Of a stretch of DNA of 64,000 nt, positions 39,898-49,630 are shown in pieces (position 1 is the stretch's first letter; every line of letters starts with the position of its first letter). The DNA comes from Acidobacteriota bacterium (GTDB lineage: Bacteria > Acidobacteriota > UBA890 > WLXD01). The DNA lies in assembly GCA_965205505.1 (NCBI GenBank), contig CBDBHB010000008.1:736001-800000 (forward strand), in the 5' to 3' direction. Made by a program: the position numbers and the translations under genes. Below the pieces are notes generated by a model, which did no database searches, had not been told where the DNA came from, and worked only from the letters and a program-made list of their open reading frames with translations.

Positions 39898-41586
39898 TCA
39901 CTCCCGCGGCAGGCGTATCTCGGCTACCATCTCCTGCACCCGAGCCGAGGGCGGCGGGGTCAGCTGGCTGACCACCAGCGTGACGATGAAGTTGATCATC
40001 ATGCCGACCGCGCCGATCCCTTCGGGACTGATTCCGAGCCACCACTCATCGGCCCCGGCGCCCGGATTGATGGAGCGGAAGTAGATGATGTAGCTAGCGG
40101 TGAACAACACGCCGCTGAGCATGCCGGCGATCGCGCCCTGCTTGTTGACCCGTTTATTGAAGATCCCCAGAACGAGAATAGGGAAAAAGCTGGCGGCCGC
40201 GAGCCCGAAGGCGAACGCCACTACCTGAGCCACGAAACCGAGCGGATAGATCCCGAAGAAACCGGCGACCACAACAGCAGCGCCGGCAGCCACACGCGCC
40301 AACCGGAGCTCATCGCGCTCGCTGAGATCGGGCTTGAAGATCGATTTGACCAGGTCGTGGGAAAGCGACGAGGAGATCACCAGCAGCAAGCCGGCGGCGG
40401 TAGAAAGGGCAGCTGCCAGGGCGCCGGCCACCACGAACGCCACGACCCAGTTAGGCAACCGCGCGATCTCCGGATTGGCGAGTACTATGATGTCGCGATC
40501 TACCGTCAGCTCGTTAGCCGCCGGGTCACCCGAATAGAGAATCCGGCCGTCGCCGTTCTTGTCGTCGAACTCGAGCAGCCCAGTAGCCTCCCAGTTGGTG
40601 AACCACACGGGCGCCTCGGCGTATCGGGTGCCGTTGAGCGTGTCGATCATGTTGAAGCGCGCGAACGCGGCGACTGCCGGGGCGGTCGTATACAGGACCG
40701 CGATGAAGACGAGGGCCCACATCGCGCTCCAGCGCGCCGCACGGGCGCTTCGCACCGTATAGAACCGAATCAGCACATGCGGCAGCCCCGCCGTGCCGAC
40801 CATCAACGCAAGCGTGATCGCGGTGACGTCGATCATCGTCTTCTTACCGCCGACCCAGGCCGCGGTGTACTCGGGCAAGCCAAGGTCGCGGTGGATCGCG
40901 TCGAGCGCCTCGAGCAGATAGCGGCCGGCATTGTTGCCCTCGACCAGAACGCCGCCCAACCCCAGCTGTGGAATCGGGTTGCCGGTCATCTTCCACGAGA
41001 TCGCGATCGCCGGGATCAGGTAGGCAACGATCAGCACGACGTACTGCGCCACCTGGGTGTAGGTGATGCCGCGCATACCGCCCAGGGTGGCGTAGATGAA
41101 GACCAGCGCCATACCCATCACCACGCCTTGCTCGATCGGCACTTCGAGAAAGCGTGAGAAGACGATCCCCACGCCGCGCATCTGCCCAGCCACGTATGTG
41201 AACGAGATGAAGACGGCGCAGAACACCGCGATCACTCGTGCCACCTGTGAGTCGTATCGCTCGCCGACGAACTCCGGCACAGTGAACTTGCCGAACTTGC
41301 GTAGGTAGGGCGCCAGCAACAACGCCAGCAGCACGTAGCCGCCGGTCCATCCCATCAGGTACACAGCGCCGGTGTAGCCCATGAACGAGATCAGCCCCGC
41401 CATCGAGATGAACGACGCGGCGCTCATCCAGTCGGCGCCGGTAGCCATGCCGTTGGCGAGCGCCGGCACACCCTGGCCGGCGATGTAGAAGCCCTTGGTG
41501 GTTTGCGCGCGGCTCCAGATCGCGATGCCGATGTAGAGCGTGAACGTCAGCCCGACGATGATGTAGGTCCAGGCGAGCACGCTCAT
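39898..41586 (-). CDS. Sodium:solute symporter, ActP-like (acetate/monocarboxylate)
   Basis: NGMATGADWMSAASF, GTAGLPHV..RFYT, AAALSTAAGLLL; coupled to a DUF4212 gene. Confidence 0.87.
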   Translation of the reverse strand: MSVLAWTYIIVGLTFTLYIGIAIWSRAQTTKGFYIAGQGVPALANGMATGADWMSAASFISMAGLISFMGYTGAVYLMGWTGGYVLLALLLAPYLRKFGKFTVPEFVGERYDSQVARVIAVFCAVFISFTYVAGQMRGVGIVFSRFLEVPIEQGVVMGMALVFIYATLGGMRGITYTQVAQYVVLIVAYLIPAIAISWKMTGNPIPQLGLGGVLVEGNNAGRYLLEALDAIHRDLGLPEYTAAWVGGKKTMIDVTAITLALMVGTAGLPHVLIRFYTVRSARAARWSAMWALVFIAVLYTTAPAVAAFARFNMIDTLNGTRYAEAPVWFTNWEATGLLEFDDKNGDGRILYSGDPAANELTVDRDIIVLANPEIARLPNWVVAFVVAGALAAALSTAAGLLLVISSSLSHDLVKSIFKPDLSERDELRLARVAAGAAVVVAGFFGIYPLGFVAQVVAFAFGLAAASFFPILVLGIFNKRVNKQGAIAGMLSGVLFTASYIIYFRSINPGAGADEWWLGISPEGIGAVGMMINFIVTLVVSQLTPPPSARVQEMVAEIRLPRE

Positions 41587-41593
41587 GGGCAGT

Positions 41594-41851
41594 TCAATCG
41601 ACGCCGTAGCGCTCTGCCAAGCGATCCGCGAGGCGAGCGTACGTCCAGATCAGGATGATGAAGACGTATATGGAGCCCTGATGGGCAAACCAGAAGCCGA
41701 GCGGGAATCCCCCGAGCTGGAACGCGTTCAACGGCTCGACAAAGAAGATACCCAGCCCGTAGGAGACCAGCGCCCACACACACAACAGGCGGGCTACGAG
41801 CCGCAGATTCGCCCGCCAGTAACCCTCAGGATCCGCCTTGGAGGAAGACAT
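41594..41851 (-). CDS. DUF4212 small membrane subunit of SSS transporter
   Basis: YWRANL, GFPLGFWFAHQGS, two TM helices, ends YGVD. Confidence 0.85.
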   Translation of the reverse strand: MSSSKADPEGYWRANLRLVARLLCVWALVSYGLGIFFVEPLNAFQLGGFPLGFWFAHQGSIYVFIILIWTYARLADRLAERYGVD

Positions 41852-41888
41852 GCCGACGCATGGGACAACACTTCCCGCGGCGAGTCAA

Positions 41889-42348
41889 TCAGCGCTCCGG
41901 CAGAAACGTGCCGTTGCTCAGCGACCAGACATAGGCGGCCAGGGCATCGTAGTCCTCCCACTCCGGGTCCATTCCGCCACCGGGGTTCATCTGGAACCTA
42001 CGACTCGGGTCGGCAAAATCACGCCGCCGCACGCCCCAGAAGATCGTGTCTCGAATGCCCTCCAGATCGCCCTCCGATTGTAGCCAAGCTTGGTCGGCGA
42101 GATCCGGTGCCCAGCGGCCGCCACTGCCACCATCACCGTGGCAACGAGCGCAGGACCCTTCGCTGAACAGCTTCTCGCCGCTCTCGAGCAGTGCGGCCCA
42201 GCGGCGCACCTGATCGCGCTCCATCCATGCCCGCACAGTGTCCGGCAGCTCCGCCTGTTCCTGCGCATCAACCACACGGCCGGGGGTATGGCGACCCGAG
42301 CACCAGCGTCACTAGCAAGACCACCCGGAAACTACACGCCACTCTCAT
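41889..42348 (-). CDS. Monoheme cytochrome c with apparent frameshift after the signal peptide
   Basis: CARCH, APDLAD.WL, distal M. Upstream ATG 42348 gives MRVACSFRVVLLVTLVLGSPYP and joins the heme domain if the G5 run at 42282-42286 is G4. Confidence 0.7.
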
Positions 42349-42530
42349 GGCACCCCCTCTGAGTCCGTTTGTCGAAAACCTGACGGTACCGGCTTCGGGC
42401 GCTCCAAGGGTGGCGCTCGAGCAAGACATCTGTGCGCTTGCGGTGAGGCAACTGTCAGGAAGATGTCAGAACGCGGCGAGCGTCCTCGCCGGTCGTTGTC
42501 GCGTTGCGCAAGTACGCATACCGTGGATGG

Positions 42531-43804
42531 ATGGCACCGACTATTCGACCCAACTCGACAACGACTTTGACTGTGGTCTGTCTGGGCACAGCGGTGGCTC
42601 TCATCGCCGCCCTGGGCTACGAGGCAGTGACCGCCGCAAGGGCTCAGAGGGAAACCGTCGAGAGCGTGCTGCGACTACGCCGAACTGGCCGCCGAGCAGT
42701 ACGCGAGCAGCGTGTCGATGGCCCTGGATTACGAGTGGTTCTATCCTGTGTTCCGCGTTCTCAGCGTCGATGCGGACGGACTCCACGCTCCGGGCGCGCA
42801 CGAAATGATCGAGGCGCAGACGGGTCGACAGCGGCTGGGTGACCTGGCGGCAGGGCTATTCCTGGTGGAACTGAAGAGCGGCGCAATCGTGCAACCGAAC
42901 AACTGGCCGTCGGCCGCCCTGGATCAGAGACTCGAGGACGCGGCTCAGCACCATGCCCTGGTGGCCAGCGATCGCGGCTGGCCGGTAACGATGGGGGTCG
43001 TCGGGGGCAGTCAAGCGCAGGTGTTTTTAGTGCTCCGGACCCTTGGCGAGCCGAGCGCGATCTCTGGATTCACCGCACCGCTCTCCGCACTGGGCCACGT
43101 ACTCGGCTCGACACTACGAGCCGACCGGGTTCTTCCCAGCAGCCTCACCGACAAGGTCCCCGCTGAGGAGCTCGTAGCGATTCGGATCTCCACGCCTGAC
43201 GGCAACCTGCTGTTCGAAACCGGTCCGGCGTTCGATCCGACTTTCGCGGCAACGACAACGCTGGGCCCACGGCTCGCCGATCTGCGGCTGGAGGCCGCCA
43301 TCCCGCCCGATGCAGCGCCTCGGTTGGTGATCGGTGGATTGCCGCGATCGCGACTTCCCACGGTGGTTGCCATGTTGACCATCGCAGTTGGGCTCCTCGG
43401 GGCGAGCGTGTTGCTGTCGCGGCGCCAGCGTCGCGCTCGAGGCACCGTCACCGGTGATTGCGCACGCCGATCGGGACATGGTGCGCCAGGTCCTGCTGAA
43501 CCTGCTGGACAACGCCACGAAGTACGGGCCCTCGGGCCAGCGCGTGACCGTCTCTGCCCACGAGGACGGCGGCTCGAGCGCTTTTCTGACAGTCGACGAC
43601 GAGGGCCCGGGTGTGGCGGCCTCGCACCGACCGCTCGTCTGGGGTCGGTTCTGGCGCGGCCCTGACACCGGCAACACCACCGGGACGGGTATCGGCCTGG
43701 CCCTGGTAAAGGAGCTCGTGATGTTGAACAAGGGTGACGTCGACGTACAGGAGGCGCCGGGCGGCGGGGCTCGGTTCAGAGTCACGCTGCCAGGAGTCGA
43801 CTAG
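42531..43804 (+). pseudogene. Sensor histidine kinase, frameshifted and lacking the H-box/DHp domain
   Basis: TM1, periplasmic region and TM2 followed directly by HATPase_c (NLLDNA, DEGPG, GTGIGL, GARF). Frame breaks near 42672 and 43430. Confidence 0.75.
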
Positions 43805-44496
43805 TGCTGCGCGTGCTCGTGGTCGAGGACAACGCCGACCTGGCGTACGGACTACGAAACAACCTCGAGATCGAGGGCTACGTGGTGGACGTTGCCAGGG
43901 ATGGCGAGGCCGGACTGCGCCTGGCGCGTCGAGCTGGTTTCGACGCGCCCGATCTGATCATTCTGGATGTGATGCTCCCCAAGCTCGACGGGTTCCGCGT
44001 GCTGCGCACGCTCCGCAACGAGAACAACTCGGTCCCAACCCTGCTGCTTACGGCGCGTGGTGAAGAGTCCGATGTAGTCCGGGGACTACGACTCAGGGCA
44101 GATGACTACGTCACCAAGCCCTTTGGGATTCTCGAGCTGCTGGCGCGGGTGGAAGCGTTACTGCGACGCGCCGAAACAGCCGCGGAGCCGGCTCGGATCC
44201 AGGGCTACGGTGAGGTTCGCATCGACCTGGCGGCGAGGACCGTCGAGCGCGACGGCCGAAAAATATCGCTGACACCGAAGGAATTCGACTTGCTGGTCGC
44301 GTTGCTGCGCCGGAAGGGGGCGGCGGCATCGAGAGCCGAGCTGATCCGGGAGGTGTGGGGCTACCCGGCGTCGGTCGTCACACGTACCGTCGATACGCAT
44401 ATCGCCGAGCTCCGAGCCAAGCTCGAGGCCGACGCCTCGGCACCACGGCACATCCTCACCGTCCCGAGGATCGGCTATCGGCTGGCACCCGAGTAG
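43804..44496 (+). CDS. OmpR/PhoB-family response regulator
   Basis: VEDN, LDVMLP, LTA, DDYVTKPF, LTPKEFDLL, TRTVDTHI, GYR. Confidence 0.92.
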   Translation: MLRVLVVEDNADLAYGLRNNLEIEGYVVDVARDGEAGLRLARRAGFDAPDLIILDVMLPKLDGFRVLRTLRNENNSVPTLLLTARGEESDVVRGLRLRADDYVTKPFGILELLARVEALLRRAETAAEPARIQGYGEVRIDLAARTVERDGRKISLTPKEFDLLVALLRRKGAAASRAELIREVWGYPASVVTRTVDTHIAELRAKLEADASAPRHILTVPRIGYRLAPE

Positions 44497-44537
44497 CTCC
44501 TCGAAGGCCGGCGTTTGCAGCGCAGCGCATGCAGGAG

Positions 44538-45533
44538 TTAGGAAGGCTTTCTGGCGAGCTCCCTGAGCACCGCGATCGCCACAGCCGCAGCATTGCGCGC
44601 CGCCATCCGGCCGAAGCTTGCGTAGCGGTTCGGGCCGTGGCGGCCGCCGGCCAGATCCGACAGACTGCGCACGGCGATATAGGGCAGCTCACTGGAATAC
44701 GCTACGTGCGCCACTGCGGCGGTCTCCATGTCGAGCACGTCGGGCTGGAAAGCCTCCCAGATGAAATCTCGGTACGCCTCGTGATCGACGAAGGTCGGAC
44801 CGCTCACGCCGCTGCCGTCGATCACCGTCCGCGGCTCGCTATCGACGCACTGATCCTGTTCATTGCACCGCTCCAGCGGTGGCGCGCCGCCGAGCGCGCG
44901 GCGAGCAGCGAGGAGCAACTTCTCGTCGGCCGGGAACCACAGCATCAACTCGGCATCATCGGGCTGGCCGCTATGCCGGGTCACCCGCACCTTCCCGGGG
45001 TACATCATCCCGAAGTTGCCGAGACCACGACGACGACCCCGCTCGCGGTCGTCGGTAAAAGCGTGCTCCTGATACTGGGCCCACTGCGCCGGAATCGTAA
45101 CCGAACCGATTCCGATATCTGGCCTCACCCCACCTGCTATGCCGACCATGACGATCCCCTCGAGGGTGTAGTGGTGGATCGCTTCCTGCGTGCTCATGGT
45201 GGCGTTCACCATGCTCACCCCTCCGGCCAGCAGCACTACGTCGGCGCCAGCAAGGCGTCCAGAACGGTAGGTGCGGCCGCTGATGGCACGCTCGTGCTCG
45301 ATCTCGGCGACGGCCAGCAGCGGATCGAGCTCGACCTGCATCGCCGTGATCACCAGCCACCGGGGAGTGTCGTCCACCCGCGTGTGGTGAAGACTCACCC
45401 CTGCCGCGCCCGGGGTCCGCGCCGCCCGGCCCGCACCGACGCTATCCAGTGCCTGTTGCCCTCCCGAGCAGCCGAAGATCGCCAGAGCCAGCGCGCCAAT
45501 CAGCGGCGTGCCAAGCGTCCCGGTTCCAAGCAC
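44538..45533 (-). CDS. MTA/SAH nucleosidase (PNP/UDP phosphorylase superfamily) protein, probable lipoprotein
   Basis: ITAMQVE, GVSMVNA, GIAGG, LDMETAA, RSLSDLAG; lipobox-like IFGC. Confidence 0.8.
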   Translation of the reverse strand: MLGTGTLGTPLIGALALAIFGCSGGQQALDSVGAGRAARTPGAAGVSLHHTRVDDTPRWLVITAMQVELDPLLAVAEIEHERAISGRTYRSGRLAGADVVLLAGGVSMVNATMSTQEAIHHYTLEGIVMVGIAGGVRPDIGIGSVTIPAQWAQYQEHAFTDDRERGRRRGLGNFGMMYPGKVRVTRHSGQPDDAELMLWFPADEKLLLAARRALGGAPPLERCNEQDQCVDSEPRTVIDGSGVSGPTFVDHEAYRDFIWEAFQPDVLDMETAAVAHVAYSSELPYIAVRSLSDLAGGRHGPNRYASFGRMAARNAAAVAIAVLRELARKPS

Positions 45534-45564
45534 GCTGTACCTCCGCGGGTGCCAGTGTCCCTAG

Positions 45565-45835
45565 CAGGCCGTGGTGAAAGTGTGGTGGGTCTGGTTACGG
45601 CGAGTTGGGGCCAGATGCAAGGCGGCCTGACACTGGCGATGCCCTAGCCATCGTCGAGGAAGGCCAACGCCGCAAATGGCCCCAAATCGCCGTACCCCTT
45701 CGGGCGACAGGGGGTTGCGCGCGTTTGCTGCGTCGTTCCTCGTCAACGATGGGGTAACCATCGCCTACTCCTCTCTCCTTGCCTGCACTTCGCAAGTCCC
45801 TGTCGCCAGACCCACCACACTTTCACCACGGCCTG
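45565..45835. mobile_element. MITE copy 2 (271 bp, perfect 30-bp TIRs, CTAG flanks)
   Basis: CTAG-CAGGCCGTGGTGAAAGTGTGGTGGGTCTGG...CCAGACCCACCACACTTTCACCACGGCCTG-CTAG; no credible ORF. Confidence 0.9.
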
Positions 45836-46366
45836 CTAGTGGGCGATACCGCCTCGATTGCCCAGACTCGCTTCCTTGACCTCTTGGACCAAGGCCTGGA
45901 AGAGAATGCCGATGTCCTTACTGGCCTGGCGAAGCCGCTCCGACACGATCTTGCCGAGACGACGATAAACGACGACGGCGTGCTCAGGGAACGCATTGGC
46001 GAACCGTTCGAACGCCTCTCGATCGAGCTCGAGCAACTGGCAATCGGTATCGGCGATCGCGGTTGCCGAGCGCAGCTGCGAGTCAAACAGCGCCAACTCT
46101 CCGAAACACGACTGTTCCTCGCTCAGCGTCGCGACGGTGTATTGCTCGCCCGCCGGTGTCTTGGTATCGATTCGCACGGTGCCGCTCAACATCATCAGCA
46201 TCGAATCTCCCTCGTCGCCCTCTCGAAGGATGACGCTGCCCGATTGGAAGCTGACGGCCCGAAAACACTCGGAAAGGAACGTCACGGCGCGCTCGTCGGC
46301 ACTCAGAAAGCCGAAGAGCTCCGACGATCGAATGCAGTCGGCGACCTCGGCTGGTCGGGTAGTCAT
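45836..46366 (-). CDS. Stand-alone cyclic-nucleotide-binding domain protein
   Basis: EGDEGD, SGTV, FGELAL...RSATA; no HTH. ATGA overlap with the channel gene. Confidence 0.85.
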   Translation of the reverse strand: MTTRPAEVADCIRSSELFGFLSADERAVTFLSECFRAVSFQSGSVILREGDEGDSMLMMLSGTVRIDTKTPAGEQYTVATLSEEQSCFGELALFDSQLRSATAIADTDCQLLELDREAFERFANAFPEHAVVVYRRLGKIVSERLRQASKDIGILFQALVQEVKEASLGNRGGIAH

Positions 46367-47520
46367 GCGCCCTCGGCTCTCGAGTCCGGCTCGACGATAG
46401 AGCGCCTCTGGATGAGGATCGCCAGGCTGTGGAGGGGGATAACGTAGTCGTCGGCAGGATTGAGCATGGGCACATGGGGTTCCACATGCTTTACGCGACG
46501 CAGGTTCTCCACCAGCTGGGAGATATCGGGCGTGCGCTGAGCCTCGCGCAAGGCCTCGCGTTTGCGCTGCTGTACGTTGCCGGTGTTCTCGACCAGCCCG
46601 ACCAGGAGCGATCCGTCGGCGTCGAGATAGTGCTTCCGCAGCTCGCAGAACGGGCGGCCGACGAACTCTGGCGAAAAGGATGCAGTGATCAGCCCACCGC
46701 CTGATTCTCCAGTCATCAGAGCGTAGAAGATGCCGGAGATCCCCGTGCCCACAGCCGCGTTGGCCAGCAGCACGCGTGAGTTGTGCTGCGTCAAGATCAT
46801 CTCGTCGGCGCCGGCCGCCTCGAGCTGCTTCTGGTACTTGGGATCGAGCAGCTCGGCGCAGACGTAGGCCTCCGGCGCCAGCTCGGCAACGGTAATCACG
46901 GTCATCACCGTGCGCGCGTCGGTCTCAGCGGGAGACTGTGTCCCGGTGTCGTCGGCAAGAACCAGAATGCGGCGCGCTTGGCGGACGTTGGCGCGCGCCA
47001 ACACCGCCTCCTCCAGCGGATCACCGCTCACGAAGTGCAGCTCTCGAAGGTCGGCCTGACCGCGAACGGCCTCCACCTTGTCGGGGTCTACCGAAGCGAT
47101 GATCACGAACGGCTCGGACCGGAGTGACGGGTCGATCGCCACCAGGTCGCGCAGCAGCGCGTCCAAGGCCCCCTTCCATCCGCAGATCACGAAATGGTCC
47201 TTCAGCTGCGATAGATCCGTCATTCCCCGTCCTTCCCTCAAACTGCGCTCCACCCATGCTGACGCGATCCGACCGGTCAGCAATGCCGCGAGCACTACGC
47301 CGGCGAAGGCCAGGCCGACACCGATGACGCGTCCGGCGAGGGTGGTCGGCACGCGATCACCATACCCGACCGTCGTCAGGGTAACGAACGCCCACCAGAC
47401 GGCATCCGAAATCGTTCGCAGGTCAGCATTCTCGCTGCGCTCTACGAGCATCGTCGCCGTTCCGCCGACCAGGGCGGTGACAACGATCGCCACGGCGATT
47501 CGAAGGATTCCGGATTGCAA
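46363..47520 (-). CDS. 2TM potassium channel with RCK/TrkA-N domain (MthK-like)
   Basis: WWAFVTLTTVGYGD selectivity filter, HFVICGW, GDP..EAVL.RAN. Start uncertain. Confidence 0.88.
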   Translation of the reverse strand: MQSGILRIAVAIVVTALVGGTATMLVERSENADLRTISDAVWWAFVTLTTVGYGDRVPTTLAGRVIGVGLAFAGVVLAALLTGRIASAWVERSLREGRGMTDLSQLKDHFVICGWKGALDALLRDLVAIDPSLRSEPFVIIASVDPDKVEAVRGQADLRELHFVSGDPLEEAVLARANVRQARRILVLADDTGTQSPAETDARTVMTVITVAELAPEAYVCAELLDPKYQKQLEAAGADEMILTQHNSRVLLANAAVGTGISGIFYALMTGESGGGLITASFSPEFVGRPFCELRKHYLDADGSLLVGLVENTGNVQQRKREALREAQRTPDISQLVENLRRVKHVEPHVPMLNPADDYVIPLHSLAILIQRRSIVEPDSRAEGA

Positions 47521-47900
47521 CAGATAGGTGATGAGAACCGCCCCTCCGACCTTTCGTGAACGCGCTCACCACCTGCGATCGTCCTGGCGGCGAAAGCTGT
47601 CTGATTGTGCCCGCTTTCGGCCCGCACCGACAACCCGGCCACTGCCCGTCAACGCCACGGGCTAGCCCTTGCTGGATAGGCCTCTGAGGATCGGCAGCCG
47701 GCGCATCCGTGTCGACTTGACGTCGTTTTATCGCCAGGGTCGAAACACATCGGCGTTTGACTGGTAATCTATACGCACACGTCGAAGCTGATGGACGGCG
47801 AGTGATTCTCTGCTCGCTTGCTCAAGGTTGAGCGAACAGTGCCGATGGTCGGCGCCACACCCGTACCCAACAGCATTCGCAATTGCAAGGAAGAGCAGTA

Positions 47901-48101
47901 ATGGCCGAAGGCACCGTAAAGTGGTTCAACGACACCAAAGGCTTCGGATTCATCGCGCAGGAGGGTGGCGAGGACGTCTTCGTCCACCAGACCGCGATCG
48001 CGATGGAAGGACACCGGACTCTGATGGAGAACCAGAAGGTCCAGTTCGATATCCAGCAAGGCCCCAAGGGTCTGCAGGCTGCGAACGTTCGTCTTCTGTA
48101 G
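47901..48101 (+). CDS. Cold-shock protein (CspA family)
   Basis: GTVKWFN..KGFGFI, DVFVH, GPKG.QA.NV. Confidence 0.95.
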   Translation: MAEGTVKWFNDTKGFGFIAQEGGEDVFVHQTAIAMEGHRTLMENQKVQFDIQQGPKGLQAANVRLL

Positions 48102-48155
48102 ATAGCCTTACCGCTGCCGCAAACCGTTAACGTGGCGGGCGGTGGCAGGTATTGC

Positions 48156-48196
48156 GGCGCCGTCCCGCTCCCGTGCGGGACGGCGCCTTTCGTTTT
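48156..48196 (+). terminator. Rho-independent terminator after csp
   Basis: 13-bp stem GGCGCCGTCCCGC/GCGGGACGGCGCC followed by TTTCGTTTT. Confidence 0.8.
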
Positions 48197-48213
48197 GGGG
48201 CCTCCGCTCGCGG

Positions 48214-48747
48214 CTAGCCGGCGCTGCTACTGAGCCCAGGATTCGCCTTCGAGTGATCCTGAACTCCCCTCACCAGCAAGTAGGCGCCCACGGCGAGCGG
48301 GAACACCGGCCACCAGCTCTCGATCCAGTGAAGCGAGAAGCCGAACAGCGTGTTCGACAACGCCACGAGGCCGAACAGCACCAGCATTGCCCCACCGACG
48401 ATCGAGCCACCCGTTGCCGGCATCTGGAAGTCCTCTGGCAACTCGATGATCTCGGTGCCGGTGGCTGCGTGGTTGTAGAGGGCCGCGAGGCGACCGGCAT
48501 CGATGACGTTGAACAGCCAGAAGAAGAACGTTGCCATGCCGGGGATCGGCTCGAGGCCCCTGGGCGCGTTGTTGGCCACCACCAAGAGCATCAAGAACAC
48601 GGCGGCCATCAGGAAGCCACGCGTGTAGTAGCCGATGTAGATCTGACCGAGGCCAGGGGCAGCAGAGAGGATTGCGGCCATGCGTGGCGATTTCTGCCGT
48701 GGGTCGAATAGCTGCCGTTGCTCAAAGGAAGGTGTGGATTGTTCCAT
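48214..48747 (-). CDS. Membrane protein (TM2-like N-terminus, LiaI/LiaF-like TM region)
   Basis: KSP.MAAILS..PGLGQIY.G, WWPVFPL; third gene of the ECF operon. Confidence 0.6.
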   Translation of the reverse strand: MEQSTPSFEQRQLFDPRQKSPRMAAILSAAPGLGQIYIGYYTRGFLMAAVFLMLLVVANNAPRGLEPIPGMATFFFWLFNVIDAGRLAALYNHAATGTEIIELPEDFQMPATGGSIVGGAMLVLFGLVALSNTLFGFSLHWIESWWPVFPLAVGAYLLVRGVQDHSKANPGLSSSAG

Positions 48748-49627
48748 CGTTATGCTCTCTTGTCGGGTCACCGCCGTCGATAAGCGCTAGCACCCAGCGG
48801 CGCAGGCTATCGATCGATTCGATGACGGGTTCCACGTGATCTCGCCATGACCTGACGATCCGTTCTTCGCCGGCTCGGCGCCAGCACTGCATGATGTCGC
48901 TCCAGCTATCGTGGCCTCTTGGCCGCGGCTCACAAATGTCGACGGAGGCAGCAATGTCGACGGAGGCAGCTAGCCGCTGTGCAGAATCGGTCCATGCACG
49001 ACGGCCCTCAGTGACCAGCTGAGACGCACCCGCAACCACGGCTTCCTGCGCTTCCGTACGCTGCGCGAGCCCGGTCAGCAGTCGCGCTGGCACCTCGGCG
49101 AGCGGAGCGCCGGGAAATCCGACCACCAAGAACAGCGCCAACGTCCCGGCGTAGGCCCCCTCCAGCGCAAGCCGCGGGCGCCGCGCCACGCGCTCCCATG
49201 GCGAGCGTCGTTGTCGCAGGCGCGTCGTAAGGCCCATCACCTCGTCGACGAAGTCGTCGTCTGGCTCGAGCTCCGCCATCAGCGGCAGCTCGTGCCGCAG
49301 GAGCTCGAGCACCAGACCCAGAGTGCGGCATTCCGCGCAGCTCTCCAGGTGCAGCTCCAGCGCCTCGTCCGCCTCGTGCAAGGCGGCGACGGCGCGTTCG
49401 CTGCTGAGAAACTGGGCGCGCCTGCAGGAGCTTCCGGAGGTTGCTGCCAGGATCGACGAGGTCAAGTCGGCCGGCTCAACGACGGACGCACGGCCCTGCG
49501 CCGCCGCCTGCAATTCTCGACAAGCTCGACAGCTGGCCGCGTGGGCGCGCATCGGCTCCCCGTCAGCAGCGTCGAGGGTCCCCTCGAGTTGCTTGATCAA
49601 CGCCAGTTCGAACCGCACGCAGTCCAT
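48722..49627 (-). CDS. Zinc-binding anti-sigma factor with two zf-HC2-type motifs
   Basis: HAASCRAC and HLESCAEC, then a TM helix; directly downstream of the ECF sigma gene. Confidence 0.75.
   Translation of the reverse strand: MDCVRFELALIKQLEGTLDAADGEPMRAHAASCRACRELQAAAQGRASVVEPADLTSSILAATSGSSCRRAQFLSSERAVAALHEADEALELHLESCAECRTLGLVLELLRHELPLMAELEPDDDFVDEVMGLTTRLRQRRSPWERVARRPRLALEGAYAGTLALFLVVGFPGAPLAEVPARLLTGLAQRTEAQEAVVAGASQLVTEGRRAWTDSAQRLAASVDIAASVDICEPRPRGHDSWSDIMQCWRRAGEERIVRSWRDHVEPVIESIDSLRRWVLALIDGGDPTREHNDGTIHTFL
48935..48970. repeat. 18-bp perfect tandem duplication (AASVDI x2) in anti-sigma gene
   Basis: AATGTCGACGGAGGCAGC twice. Confidence 0.9.
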
Positions 49628-49630
49628 CGA

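Noticed and set aside
47769-48059. 96-aa ORF antisense to the cold-shock gene
   Set aside because: Typical spurious mirror ORF of csp genes.
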